Positions 9,807 through 19,937 are shown, counted from the first letter of the stretch. The stretch: DNA of 64,000 nt from Candidatus Poribacteria bacterium (GCA_965214095.1 OZ243938.1:3200001-3264000), one strand, 5' to 3'. Numbers and translations: made by a program. Notes: a model not told the origin generated them from the letters alone.

Positions 9807-10598
9807 ATGTTTAACGTAGAACCAACACTCAATGATGACCAAGTCATGCAGTTTATACATAACGGATATATCACATTGGAAAACATCATTGATGAAGATT
9901 TTAATAAGGAATGTGATGCTATTCAGGGCGGGGGACTCGGTGGATTTGTCCAAACAGATGAATTTCGCAGAAACGTCCTGCTCCATCCAGAAGTTGCAGG
10001 AGTTGTGCGTTCGCTGTTAGGTGAGAACTTTCTTGTGCCAACAAATGCACACCATCACCTCTTTGAAGCACCACACCGTGGACAGACATGGCATTCAGAC
10101 GGTCTCACTGAATATGGATACGGTATTACGCACCTTCAATGCTATTATTATCCGAAAGAGGTAAATATTGAAGATGGTCCCACGATGATCTTGCCGGGTT
10201 CACATTTTCGTCTTGTAGATAGAGAAGCGATTGCACACTATGGAGATATACTCGGACAACTCTCACTTACTGTTCCCGCAGGCACCGTCGCTATGACACG
10301 ATACGGAATTTGGCACAAGGCAGGTCCAAAACTCAACGCAGACAGACGCGGGATGATTAAGTTTTCCTATTTCCGATCAGCAATGCCTAAACGGGATTGG
10401 AAACGTGAGTCCGATGAAATTCCCCATTATCGACATAAAGGGAGGCATCCGTATGTAACTGAGGTGGAATCATATAGAGATGGACAACGAGGTCAATATA
10501 CGTGGAATTGGTTATGCGGGTTGACAGAAGTGGAGGAGGAACTCCCACCCAAGAAAATGTTCAATAGAGGCATCCCGTTATCAGAAATCAGTCTATAG
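9807..10598 (+). CDS. PhyH-family Fe(II)/2-oxoglutarate dioxygenase
   Basis: 'QTWHSDG' (HxD), 'GPTMILPGSH', distal 'IWH'; SD GAGG. Confidence 0.85.
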   Translation: MFNVEPTLNDDQVMQFIHNGYITLENIIDEDFNKECDAIQGGGLGGFVQTDEFRRNVLLHPEVAGVVRSLLGENFLVPTNAHHHLFEAPHRGQTWHSDGLTEYGYGITHLQCYYYPKEVNIEDGPTMILPGSHFRLVDREAIAHYGDILGQLSLTVPAGTVAMTRYGIWHKAGPKLNADRRGMIKFSYFRSAMPKRDWKRESDEIPHYRHKGRHPYVTEVESYRDGQRGQYTWNWLCGLTEVEEELPPKKMFNRGIPLSEISL

Positions 10599-10616
10599 AT
10601 ACCATAGTGATAATTC

Positions 10617-11222
10617 TCAAGGATTTGACTGATTTTCTTCTATGTCGGTATCTTCATTCTCCAATCTATATGGTGTCTCAAGTACACCAACGATTGACAG
10701 AATAAAACCAATGGCAGTCAAGAACGCACCGTATTTAATAAGAGGATTTAAAGTGTTTGCGATTTCCAGATCTAAATTCAAACTAAATACCACAATCAGA
10801 AAGCAGAAAAGACCTGTCCCAGCATTTATGAGCACTAACGTTCTTGCAAAGGAATGCCAATGACCGGGTCTGTTTAACAAAAGACTAACACCAATCATAA
10901 TTAACGACATGAAAAAAGCAATTGTTATGAAACTGCTGCCATGATCAACATCATTTACCAACTCAATGAACACACTCAACAGTAGAAAAAAGAAGAAAAG
11001 TCCAACAGTTATAATAATAATTCCTAATGCTCTGGAAATAGATCGTATACAGAATATTCCGAAACCAATCAATCCAATGAGTATAATTAAAAGAACTAAG
11101 ATAGAATGGAAACCCCTGATAACAAGGCCTACTCCTTTATAAACCCCAACCCACGGTAAAGCGAAACTGAAAAATGCTAACAACCCACCTGTAAGTGTGA
11201 TAAACCTTGAATACTGTTTCAT
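10617..11222 (-). CDS. Membrane protein (paralogue 3 of a tandem trio)
   Basis: Hydrophobic; N-terminal 'FALPW', C-terminal 'KYGAFLTAIGF'. Confidence 0.7.
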   Translation of the reverse strand: MKQYSRFITLTGGLLAFFSFALPWVGVYKGVGLVIRGFHSILVLLIILIGLIGFGIFCIRSISRALGIIIITVGLFFFFLLLSVFIELVNDVDHGSSFITIAFFMSLIMIGVSLLLNRPGHWHSFARTLVLINAGTGLFCFLIVVFSLNLDLEIANTLNPLIKYGAFLTAIGFILSIVGVLETPYRLENEDTDIEENQSNP

Positions 11223-11278
11223 GCTTCCTTCCTTTCACAAACTATTCTTGCGTATACTTCTTCGTTTGATTTAAGGCT

Positions 11279-11617
11279 TCACTCTGGTTTAGGGAAAAAC
11301 GTTACACCCGCTATCGTCAGAAAAAAACCGACTATTGTAAGTGTCAAACCGTATTGAATAAAAAGGAGATTACTAAACAACAATATCATAAGGAGAATAA
11401 TACCGATCAAACTACTGAAATAAATAATGATCTTTGATTGCCAAATAAGTAGGCATCCAATTATCATTAGAGTAACCATCAAAGCTAAAGGAATGATGAT
11501 AACACCCTCACCAACAATGAGTTGAAATCCGGATTCGTCATCAACCCACGGAAGACAGAAACAAAAAAATGTGAATAGACTACTACCAAGTAGAAAAAAC
11601 TTTTGAGACATTTTCAT
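11279..11617 (-). CDS. Membrane protein (paralogue 2)
   Basis: 'FCLPW'...'QYGLTLTIVGF'. Confidence 0.7.
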   Translation of the reverse strand: MKMSQKFFLLGSSLFTFFCFCLPWVDDESGFQLIVGEGVIIIPLALMVTLMIIGCLLIWQSKIIIYFSSLIGIILLMILLFSNLLFIQYGLTLTIVGFFLTIAGVTFFPKPE

Positions 11618-11665
11618 TTCCCAGGTCCCTATATAAATCTATTCAACATTAACGCATTTTATATT

Positions 11666-12166
11666 CTATTCGTTTACCACATTAGGAAGGCTGCCTGCAG
11701 GAATGTTCAATGCTCCGATAAATGCAAGTACATACCCGATAATTACACCAAACACGCCAAATTGAAGACTTAATATTTTTCCTATATCCACATCAGGTGC
11801 AAATTCAAGCAATGCCGATCCCATACGAAGATCTGCAATGGTGAACAAAATAAATCCTATAGAAATGTATAAAAATCCAAAACCACTACCAATTAACACC
11901 GTAATTTTGGATTTCCAAGGTGTTTCCTGTTTCAACATGTAAATGCAGACCCCAAGAATCGTCAGTGTTGCGAGGAAGGTTAGCACCTCAAAAGTTGCGC
12001 CATTCCTTACATACCGAAAACCTGAAAATGTAATACTATCTTGCCAATTAATCCCGGGGAAATCTGCACCCAGAGCGGACATATCCACTTTAAACCACGG
12101 AAGAAAGAAGCAAATCAAGGAGAGACTACCACCGACTATAGGTAACGTAAGTGGATTCTGTTTCAT
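11666..12166 (-). CDS. Membrane protein (paralogue 1)
   Basis: 'FFLPW'...'QFGVFGVIIGY'. Confidence 0.7.
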   Translation of the reverse strand: MKQNPLTLPIVGGSLSLICFFLPWFKVDMSALGADFPGINWQDSITFSGFRYVRNGATFEVLTFLATLTILGVCIYMLKQETPWKSKITVLIGSGFGFLYISIGFILFTIADLRMGSALLEFAPDVDIGKILSLQFGVFGVIIGYVLAFIGALNIPAGSLPNVVNE

Positions 12167-12204
12167 ATTGATTTCCTTATATTCTTCCCATTAGATGGTA
12201 TCAA

Positions 12205-12233
12205 GAGTAGGTAGGTTGTACACCCACCTACTC
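12205..12233 (-). terminator. Hairpin after the epimerase gene, possible terminator
   Basis: GAGTAGGTAGGT-TGTAC-ACCCACCTACTC; U-tract is weak. Confidence 0.4.
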
Positions 12234-12243
12234 GTTTTCAAAA

Positions 12244-13041
12244 TTAACGCGCACCACACGCCTGCAGACACGCTTGCATGTGTCCTCTCGACTCTGCAGC
12301 TATTGTGCAGCACTGCTCTAAACTATATTCTTTTGCACCAATGACTTCAAGGTTGAGCGGTCCCGTATATCCATTTTCATGTAGCACACGGATATATCCA
12401 ACAAGGTCTATGTCTCCACGTCCGTTCGCTTGCAATTCAGGAGTACCGGGTCCACGTTGTGTTCCCTTGCAGTCTCGGATATGGACGTGTTTAACTCTTG
12501 ACACAACAGCAGCAATCGCCTCCACAGGATTTTCATCTGCACGGTGTATATGTGATGGATCCATGTCAATACCAAAGGCTGGTGAATCAATCTCTTCCAT
12601 CGCACGCAGTGTTGTCGGTGTGTTGTAGATGCTTGCACCAACATGTGCTTTAACGCATAAAGTAACACCATAATGCTCTGCCCGATCAGATAGGCTTCCC
12701 AAAGAATCAATCACCTCTGGCCACGCATCTTCATTGTCAGATGATCCGCCAGGACCACAGTTAACAATCGGTATACCAATTTCAACAGCAGCTTGAAATG
12801 CCAACTCCATTCTCTCTGCGTCGCGGGACGGTTGCTCCATTGCTAACAACTCAAGCTCATATTCCTTTGACAGACGTTTGATGTCATCTGCAAGTTCTTG
12901 CCAGTTTGCCAGAACAAGATGTTGACTCATACCATCAATAGCTGAAAGTTCAATGCCATCATATCCAGCCATTGCAATGTGCTTAAAGGCGGTTTCCATA
13001 TCGTATCCGCCAAATAGCACGGAATTTGCACCTAATTTCAA
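12244..13041 (-). CDS. Sugar phosphate isomerase/epimerase (xylose-isomerase-like TIM barrel)
   Basis: 'GYDGIEL', 'DPSH', 'HVHIRD', 'GYTGPLNLE'; SD AAGGAG before TTG. Confidence 0.88.
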   Translation of the reverse strand: MKLGANSVLFGGYDMETAFKHIAMAGYDGIELSAIDGMSQHLVLANWQELADDIKRLSKEYELELLAMEQPSRDAERMELAFQAAVEIGIPIVNCGPGGSSDNEDAWPEVIDSLGSLSDRAEHYGVTLCVKAHVGASIYNTPTTLRAMEEIDSPAFGIDMDPSHIHRADENPVEAIAAVVSRVKHVHIRDCKGTQRGPGTPELQANGRGDIDLVGYIRVLHENGYTGPLNLEVIGAKEYSLEQCCTIAAESRGHMQACLQACGAR

Positions 13042-13098
13042 ATTTAGTATCTCCTTCTATAGAAATCCGTGATTGGATGTCTCTTTCAAAATATATCC

Positions 13099-14178
13099 TT
13101 ACAATCCACTCAATGTTGGTAGTGGATGAGGACGCACCAAAATCCCACCTTGTTCATAAGATTCCATCGCTGCCCATGTATATTCAAGAGCAGCAAGTGC
13201 ATCTCTACCAGAGGCGCGTATCTTCTCTTTCGGAACACCGTTTGTGATGTCTTCTAAGAAGGCATGTATCCGTAAGGGAAATGTCTGTCCGAAGTCAGTA
13301 ATACCCGAATCGGTTACCACTGCATCTCCACCTTCAGGAGCACCGGGTGATGGCCAGAATGTCACTTTCTCAATACAGTTTTCAATGCAGAATGTGCCGC
13401 GTGTACCGGCAAGTTCAACACTCCACCATCCACCGAGACCGAAGGTTGCATCCCCACGTTGACTAAGTAGATAACCGATACACCCATTCTCAAAACGTAG
13501 GTGAATGCTGTTGATAGATACCATCAGATCCCCTTCACGACGACGAAAATGCGGACGTTCCATAAAGGCTTGCACATGCGTCACATCGCCACAGAAATGA
13601 CGCATCACACTGAACGGATGTGAGAGAAATGCCTTTACATGAAAATAGGGAAATCCATCAGAACGCGGGGCTTTGGCGTAATTATAGTTGAATTCTCCAC
13701 CAGCAAACCCCATTTTGTGCATGATGTAGACCATCTCACCGATCTGTCCATTGTCAATATATTTTTGTGCTTGCTCAGCAGGAGGAGTGAAATAATGGTT
13801 GAGATTACATGCAAGGTAAAGGTCCTCTTCTGTCGCTTTTGCAACCATTTCACGTGCCTCTCCGATATCGTTAGAGATCGGTTTTTCAACAAGAACGTGC
13901 TTTCCTTTATCCAATGCTTCCATCGTCGGTTCATAGTGCCAACTACCGTTCTCATTTCCACCCGTAGTGACATCAACGATGTCCAAATCGGGTTCTCCAT
14001 CAATCATATCTGCTAACTGATAGTATGCTTTCACACCGAGCCGTTCTGCTGCACTGTCTGCACGCTCTTTCACTATATCGCACACTGCAACGAGGTCTGC
14101 TAAATCATCATTTGCGTGGCAATTCGCATGATTATTTCCAATGCCACTCATGCCAACTACGCCAACTTTTAAAGCCAT
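13099..14178 (-). CDS. Gfo/Idh/MocA family oxidoreductase
   Basis: 'KVGVVGMSGIG', 'GKHVLVEKP'; start moved to ATG 14178. Confidence 0.9.
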   Translation of the reverse strand: MALKVGVVGMSGIGNNHANCHANDDLADLVAVCDIVKERADSAAERLGVKAYYQLADMIDGEPDLDIVDVTTGGNENGSWHYEPTMEALDKGKHVLVEKPISNDIGEAREMVAKATEEDLYLACNLNHYFTPPAEQAQKYIDNGQIGEMVYIMHKMGFAGGEFNYNYAKAPRSDGFPYFHVKAFLSHPFSVMRHFCGDVTHVQAFMERPHFRRREGDLMVSINSIHLRFENGCIGYLLSQRGDATFGLGGWWSVELAGTRGTFCIENCIEKVTFWPSPGAPEGGDAVVTDSGITDFGQTFPLRIHAFLEDITNGVPKEKIRASGRDALAALEYTWAAMESYEQGGILVRPHPLPTLSGL

Positions 14179-14360
14179 TATTTTATTCCTTCCAATAGGT
14201 AAATATAGAGTTTTATTCTTCAATTCTATATGGTAAGTTGCCGTTTGTCAACTAATATCTTATTGTTGAGAGGCATTGTGTGATGTCTATTGTGAAAACC
14301 ACTCTAACAAGCTTCATTTAGCATTCATGCCAAAAACCTTACACACCTTTATTTTTAGTT

Positions 14361-14606
14361 CAGGGCTATTTAGTTTTAAGTATTTTCCAGAATAGAGATT
14401 TATTGAAAGTTAATCCTCAAGACGGTAGGTGCGGTTTCCCAACCAATGCAGAATACCACACGCGTATTCTGGCGGAACCTACAAGAATACTGACTATGAA
14501 AGGTTTTAGCACAAATTCGGTGCAGTTAGGAAACCGCACCTACCGTCATGGGAATTTAGCGTATGTGAAAGAAAATACAAGAAAAACCGAAAACTAAATA
14601 ACCCTG
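14361..14606. mobile_element. MITE with 17-bp TIRs and 9-bp target duplication, carrying a REP doublet
   Basis: TIRs CAGGGCTATTTAGTTTT / AAAACTAAATAACCCTG; TTTTTAGTT duplicated at 14352-14360 and 14607-14615; REPs at 14425 and ending 14543. Confidence 0.85.
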
Positions 14607-14732
14607 TTTTTAGTTTGACATTAAAGTAATTTCAAGTTATATTATAATGTTAAGACATATAATATAATATAATATAATAATATAATCTGTCTTAATATTA
14701 CTACTGTGTCCACTCTTATTTGGCAGGTAAAT

Positions 14733-14801
14733 ATCGCGATTCGAAGATCGCTCCTACTGAATATAGCTCTGTCATTGTAGGAGGTAACTCCGATTCCCGA
14801 T
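14733..14801. repeat. REP pair, family 2 (GTAGGAGCGATCTCCGAATCGCGAT-like)
   Basis: Reverse copy 14733-14757 and forward copy 14777-14801; related pair at 19874-19937. Confidence 0.65.
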
Positions 14802-14805
14802 TTAT

Positions 14806-15030
14806 TTGTCGATCCGCAATTTTAGTGTAGACAGAACACTAGTTGAATTAACGCAGCTAACAACATTAGACCTTTTCGGTAATGATATTACCGACATTAG
14901 TCCGATCAGTGCCTTGGTAAACCTTGGATACTTATTTCTTGGGGAGAATCCTATTACCAACAATGCACCAATTCAGAGTCTACTTGAAGAAAATTCGAAT
15001 GTGCAAATTGATATTGATGTCAGCAATTGA
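14806..15030 (+). pseudogene. C-terminal fragment of an internalin-like leucine-rich-repeat protein
   Basis: 'LTQLTTLDLFGNDITDISPISALVNLGYLFLGENPI' = two LRRs; no credible start; begins next to a REP. Confidence 0.7.
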
Positions 15031-15077
15031 CCGTGATACCAACAGAGGTAGCAAAGATAACAATAGGAAACACTTTA

Positions 15078-17795
15078 ATGATATTCTCTAAATGGAACGT
15101 GATTTTATTCATGTTAATGCTTGTCCTTTCTTTTTCTGTAGAATCGACATCTCAGCAGGAACCACCTGTTCAAGGGAAAAGGATCCATCGATCTATTCCT
15201 CCACAGGGTGCCGAGACCCATGTAGTTGTTCCGGCAGAAAGGTTCCGTGCTGGCTGGTTCAAACGCTGGTTCTACGGCAGTGACTACCGCGATCTATGGA
15301 CTACCCCAATTGAAGTTGCAGTCCTTGATCTTGACACTGTGGGAGGCGGTTTAACACCGCTTCGCACTGGTGGATTTGGTCAGTCCGTATCCCTTCATTT
15401 TACTGGAGAGGATGGTCGCAGGTATACGGTTCGTTCTCTGGACAAGGATCCCACTAAACGGAGGTGGGAAGAACTCAAGGATACAATTGCCGATGATGTC
15501 CTTCAAGACCTGATCAGTGCTTTTCTACCAACAGGAGGACTCGTTGTTGATCCACTGATGGAGGCTACGGGTATCCTCCATTCAAAGCATACGCTCGTTG
15601 TTATTCCAGATGATCCCAGACTGAAGGAGTATCGGGAAGATTTTGCGGGTCTTATAGGCATGCTGCAGGAACATCCTTCCGAAGGAGCAGACGGTACACC
15701 CGGTTTTGCTGGTTCCCAACAGATCAGTGGAACGGAGAAGTTGTGGGAACATTTGGAAGAAACACCCAGCAATCGCGTCGATTCACGCGCCTATCTAAAG
15801 GCGAGATTGATGGATTTTCTCGTCAACGACCGAGACCGTCATCACGGTCAGTGGAGATGGGCGCGGTTCCCTGATGGCGAAGGTTATACTTGGGTACCAA
15901 TACCTGAGGATCGAGACCTTGCTTTTATTGACCTTGATGGGTTCGCTATGGGAATAGCACGTAGAGGACTCCCCAAGTTTCTTATCAAATTCGGAGATAA
16001 GTATCCGAACTTGTCAGGTTTGACGGTTTCTGGTTGGGAACTTGATCGGGAGTTGCTTGTTGAACTCGATAAAACTACTTGGGACTCTGTGGTAACAGCA
16101 TTTTGCAAGGATCTACCGGACACGGTCATTGAGGATGCAGTGCGAAAACTGCCAGAGCCGTATTACAAAATGCTCGGAGCGACTCTTACGGATGCCCTGA
16201 AATCGAGACGAGATGCATTGCCTGAATTTGCCAGCAGATACTATAAGTTCATTACCCGCAAGCCAGAAATACAGGCTACCGATCAGAACGAGTACCTCCA
16301 CTGTGAGCATCTACCAAATGGTGATTTGGTCGTCCGCATCGGTCTGATAGCAGATCCTGATGGAGAAAGGATGAAACCCTATTTTCAACGGACATTTCAT
16401 CCCGATGAGTCCCGAGAAGTCCGAATATACCTCCGAGGTGGAGACGACAGTGCGGAAATATCAGGGACAAAAGGTGCTATGACCGTCCGTATAGATGGTG
16501 GTGGTGGGGACGACACGTTTACAAACGCATCCGAAGCCAATGCCTCAAAGACTCGGTTCTACGATTATCGTGGAAAAAATCGATTTGTCAAAGGCAATGG
16601 AGCGAAAATCGACGAAAGTCCATACAAACGTCGACCGCCACAGATTCTCCTCCCAGATCAAACAAGATATGCCATGGACTGGAGCAAGGAAACATTTACT
16701 TACCCGATGATTACGGTGAATCCTGACCTAGGTGTGTTCTTGAAGGGCAACAGTAGTTTACAATATTTCGGATTTCGAAAATATCCGTATTTTTCGCAGC
16801 ATTCTTTTGGCATCGGTCTTGCGTCTAATGGTCTTAATCCTTTTGTTTCTTATACTGGCAACTATCGACACGTCCTGCACGTTCTTGACGTGAGAGTTCA
16901 TCTCGAATACTCCGGAATCCAGATGATCCGGTTCAACGGATTTGGTAATGACACTCAGATTGAAGGTTCTTCATCCTTCTATAAAGTAGAACAGAATCAT
17001 TTCCTTTTCGCGCCATCTCTGAACTATCAACCGAATAAACCTGAAGATGATGAGCACAGTGATTCTAAGGTACCGAGTCGCTCAGAACTCACCGTCCGAT
17101 TGGGACCGATCATCAAGTATTCAAACACGTCCCCAGAGGCTAACAAAGATAGATTCATCGGTTTGTTGGATGAGCCGGTCTACGGCACAGGTTCCTTCGG
17201 TCAACTTGGTGCATTAGGTAAACTCGTGTACGACACGCGTAACAACCCGGCATTTACCACGCACGGATTTTTTGTTAATGCAACTGCAGCCATCTACCCA
17301 GGTGTCTGGGATGTAGAGTCTGTATTTGGCAGCTTAGATGGCGTAGTAAGCACTTATGTAATGGCTCCTATTCCGACGAAACCGACACTTGCTCTGAGGG
17401 GTGGTGGTAAGAAAGTGTGGGGCACCTTTCCCTTCCATGAGAGTGCATTTCTGGGCGGTCCTGGTTTTGTAGGTATCGGTTCATCCGATAGCCATTTACG
17501 CGGTTTCCGTAAAAACCGGTATGCTGGAGATACCTCACTATATGGGAACGTTGAGCTTCGGTTGAGTCTGGTACCAATCAAGATCATAGTGCCTGGAGAG
17601 TTAGGTCTGTTCATTGCAGCTGATGCTGGACGTGTGTTTTTTGCCGAAGATTCTAACGATGCTGACAAATGGCATAGCAGCATCGGAGGCGGTTTATGGA
17701 TCTCTTTCCTCCGTCACCAGCAAACATTGAGCGTAGCAATCGTAAATGGCGATGACTTGACCGGACTGTATCTGCGCGCTGGTTTCATGTTTTAA
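15078..17795 (+). CDS. Outer-membrane protein: N-terminal kinase-like domain + C-terminal Omp85/BamA-like barrel
   Basis: Signal peptide; 'GGFGQSVSL', 'NDRDRHHGQWRW', 'PEDRD'; barrel motif 'LRGFRKNRYAG'; terminal Phe. Confidence 0.75.
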   Translation: MIFSKWNVILFMLMLVLSFSVESTSQQEPPVQGKRIHRSIPPQGAETHVVVPAERFRAGWFKRWFYGSDYRDLWTTPIEVAVLDLDTVGGGLTPLRTGGFGQSVSLHFTGEDGRRYTVRSLDKDPTKRRWEELKDTIADDVLQDLISAFLPTGGLVVDPLMEATGILHSKHTLVVIPDDPRLKEYREDFAGLIGMLQEHPSEGADGTPGFAGSQQISGTEKLWEHLEETPSNRVDSRAYLKARLMDFLVNDRDRHHGQWRWARFPDGEGYTWVPIPEDRDLAFIDLDGFAMGIARRGLPKFLIKFGDKYPNLSGLTVSGWELDRELLVELDKTTWDSVVTAFCKDLPDTVIEDAVRKLPEPYYKMLGATLTDALKSRRDALPEFASRYYKFITRKPEIQATDQNEYLHCEHLPNGDLVVRIGLIADPDGERMKPYFQRTFHPDESREVRIYLRGGDDSAEISGTKGAMTVRIDGGGGDDTFTNASEANASKTRFYDYRGKNRFVKGNGAKIDESPYKRRPPQILLPDQTRYAMDWSKETFTYPMITVNPDLGVFLKGNSSLQYFGFRKYPYFSQHSFGIGLASNGLNPFVSYTGNYRHVLHVLDVRVHLEYSGIQMIRFNGFGNDTQIEGSSSFYKVEQNHFLFAPSLNYQPNKPEDDEHSDSKVPSRSELTVRLGPIIKYSNTSPEANKDRFIGLLDEPVYGTGSFGQLGALGKLVYDTRNNPAFTTHGFFVNATAAIYPGVWDVESVFGSLDGVVSTYVMAPIPTKPTLALRGGGKKVWGTFPFHESAFLGGPGFVGIGSSDSHLRGFRKNRYAGDTSLYGNVELRLSLVPIKIIVPGELGLFIAADAGRVFFAEDSNDADKWHSSIGGGLWISFLRHQQTLSVAIVNGDDLTGLYLRAGFMF

Positions 17796-17815
17796 CCAAA
17801 CAAGAGGTATTTCGT

Positions 17816-18751
17816 ATGCTCAACAACATAATTGTTCGTCTCATTGCTTACTATGCTGCATGGCTTTTGGCACTTAGTGGGATTTTTCGTCTCTTTCCCC
17901 AAATTCTTCATTACGTTGCTAAAGAACGTGAACGTATTTTCGTAGGACAAGGATTAGAGGATGGAGCAAACGCAGCCGTTCCAATGGGTGACATCCAAGA
18001 AGGAGTGGCGAGACTTGTCGATCCAGCACACACCGTTCCAGTATTGGTTGCTATGATACTGGCATTTGGGGTTACGCTACCGATTACTTGGTTATATCGG
18101 TGGACACAACCGCGGAAGAAATACAGTCAATCCTTTGTACACACTTTGCTGGTAATACCTATCACCATAGCCCTGATTGTATTTTTAGTCAAGGGAAGCC
18201 TCGCCCTTGCGTTCAGTTTGGCAGGAATCGTAGCCGCTATCCGTTTCCGCACCTCGCTTGAAGAACCTATTGATTGTGTATACATGCTTATGGCAATCGG
18301 AATAGGACTTGCAGCTGGCACGCAACTTACCACAGTAGCCTACCTTGCATCGTTGGTTTTTACCATCCTAATTCTTGGAGTTTGGAAAAGCAATTATGCA
18401 GCACTGCCGACAGAAATAACTGGCTGGAAAATTGATAGTTTTGAAAAATTGGGCAAAGCCCCTGATGGTGAGGACATTCCTACTAAAGAAGCATATAATG
18501 CCCAAATTGAAGTGCACACGACGAAGGTCAATGCAGCAAAAAAAGCAACGGCTCTAATTCTTGTCCCTAATACCAAGCGGTGGCAGATAGCTGATGTCGT
18601 TAAGAATACGGATGGAACAGCAATCGTCGTGTTTGATATCTGGTTAAAGAACAGCGTTACCTTGACTACTTTCATCCAGGATATTGAAGAAAGCGGTAAA
18701 GGGTATATCAACAACGTAAAACTGACGAAACAAGAAGCTGGTAAGGTGTAA
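17816..18751 (+). CDS. DUF4956-family membrane protein
   Basis: 'SLALAFSLAGIVAAIRFRT', 'IGIGLAAG'. Confidence 0.8.
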   Translation: MLNNIIVRLIAYYAAWLLALSGIFRLFPQILHYVAKERERIFVGQGLEDGANAAVPMGDIQEGVARLVDPAHTVPVLVAMILAFGVTLPITWLYRWTQPRKKYSQSFVHTLLVIPITIALIVFLVKGSLALAFSLAGIVAAIRFRTSLEEPIDCVYMLMAIGIGLAAGTQLTTVAYLASLVFTILILGVWKSNYAALPTEITGWKIDSFEKLGKAPDGEDIPTKEAYNAQIEVHTTKVNAAKKATALILVPNTKRWQIADVVKNTDGTAIVVFDIWLKNSVTLTTFIQDIEESGKGYINNVKLTKQEAGKV

Positions 18752-18756
18752 GCACA

Positions 18757-19770
18757 ATGAAGAATCGTGGAAATAAACTCTTAATTGGATTTCTTGGTTT
18801 CAGTCTTTTCGTTTTCTTGTTGGCAATGGTCTTAAGCCAAAAGTATTCAGCAGACTTGAGTAATGAGGAGATACAGAGTGAGAATTATTCAGCAGACTTG
18901 AGTGAAAATGTGTTAATAACGGATACAGATACTATTATTGACGGCTTGCCAATCGAGAATCAGATCGCATCACAAAGAAACATATCTCTCGTAAACTACG
19001 ACCTGAAAAAAGAGGACACGACTCAATGGAAACTTCCTGGACGGCTTGAGGAGATTTCTGGTTTAACGATGACTGCGGACGACCGTCTCTTGGCTCATAA
19101 CGATGAAAAAGGAGTTATTTATGAGATCGATTATCGAAATGGTGAGATCGTCAAAGCATTCCAAATAGCAGATATGAAGGATCCGGTTACCGATGATTTC
19201 GAAGGCATTGCGACAGTTAAAGACAAGATATATCTGGTTACAAGTTCGGGCAGATTATACGAGTTCAGTGAGGGTGTTGATGGTGAGTCAGTTTTATATA
19301 ATATCTATACGACTGGTGTTGGCAGAGATTATGAAATAGAAGGACTCGCGTATAACGAGAAAAAGCGTGCACTGTTACTCATGTGCAAAGAATCTCGTAG
19401 AGAAGAACTGAAAGAACAGTTGGTCATTTATTATTGGTCAACAAATGAGAAACAACTTATTGAAGGTGCACATATAGTAATACCTGTCATTGAATTCTCT
19501 CGTCATATTGAAGAAAAGAATTTTCAGCCTTCTGGTATTGAACGGCACCCAGTTTCAGGAAACTACTTCGTCGTTGCTGCGCGCCAGAAGGCTATTGCTG
19601 AGATTACGCCAGAGGGTCAGGTTGTTGCAGCTAAGCAGTTTTCTGCTTATGAACATCGTCAGACTGAGGGTATTACGTTCACCTCGGAAGGAATACTTAT
19701 AATTGCTGATGAGGGTGCGGGCAAGAAAGCACGACTAACCCTTTATCCAGTTGCCGAAAGGCAGCAATAG
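18757..19770 (+). CDS. SdiA-regulated/YjiK-like beta-propeller, membrane anchored
   Basis: 'EISGL', 'HNDE', 'DFEGI', 'IEGL', 'PSGI', 'QTEGITF', 'ADEG' blade motifs. Confidence 0.75.
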   Translation: MKNRGNKLLIGFLGFSLFVFLLAMVLSQKYSADLSNEEIQSENYSADLSENVLITDTDTIIDGLPIENQIASQRNISLVNYDLKKEDTTQWKLPGRLEEISGLTMTADDRLLAHNDEKGVIYEIDYRNGEIVKAFQIADMKDPVTDDFEGIATVKDKIYLVTSSGRLYEFSEGVDGESVLYNIYTTGVGRDYEIEGLAYNEKKRALLLMCKESRREELKEQLVIYYWSTNEKQLIEGAHIVIPVIEFSRHIEEKNFQPSGIERHPVSGNYFVVAARQKAIAEITPEGQVVAAKQFSAYEHRQTEGITFTSEGILIIADEGAGKKARLTLYPVAERQQ

Positions 19771-19873
19771 CAGTTAATATGCTATTCAGGACTGGTACAG
19801 GAAGTTCCTGCAGACTTGAGAGCGGTCAGTTTCCTTATATAGTAAATTATTGAAATAATCAGACATTTCATCT

Positions 19874-19937
19874 ATAGAAGCGATCTCCGAATCGCGATGG
19901 ACCTTAGGTACAATCGTGAATCGGAGTTCACTCCTAC
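19874..19937. repeat. REP pair, family 2, between convergent genes
   Basis: ATAGAAGCGATCTCCGAATCGCGAT ... ATCGTGAATCGGAGTTCACTCCTAC. Confidence 0.65.

Noticed and set aside
14403-14597. 64-aa ORF (also those at 19786, 32468 and 52421)
   Set aside because: They lie within MITE/REP DNA and have no protein features.
18844-18903. 18-bp direct repeat TATTCAGCAGACTTGAGT
   Set aside because: Small in-frame duplication in a linker (YSADLS twice); no sign of a mobile element.
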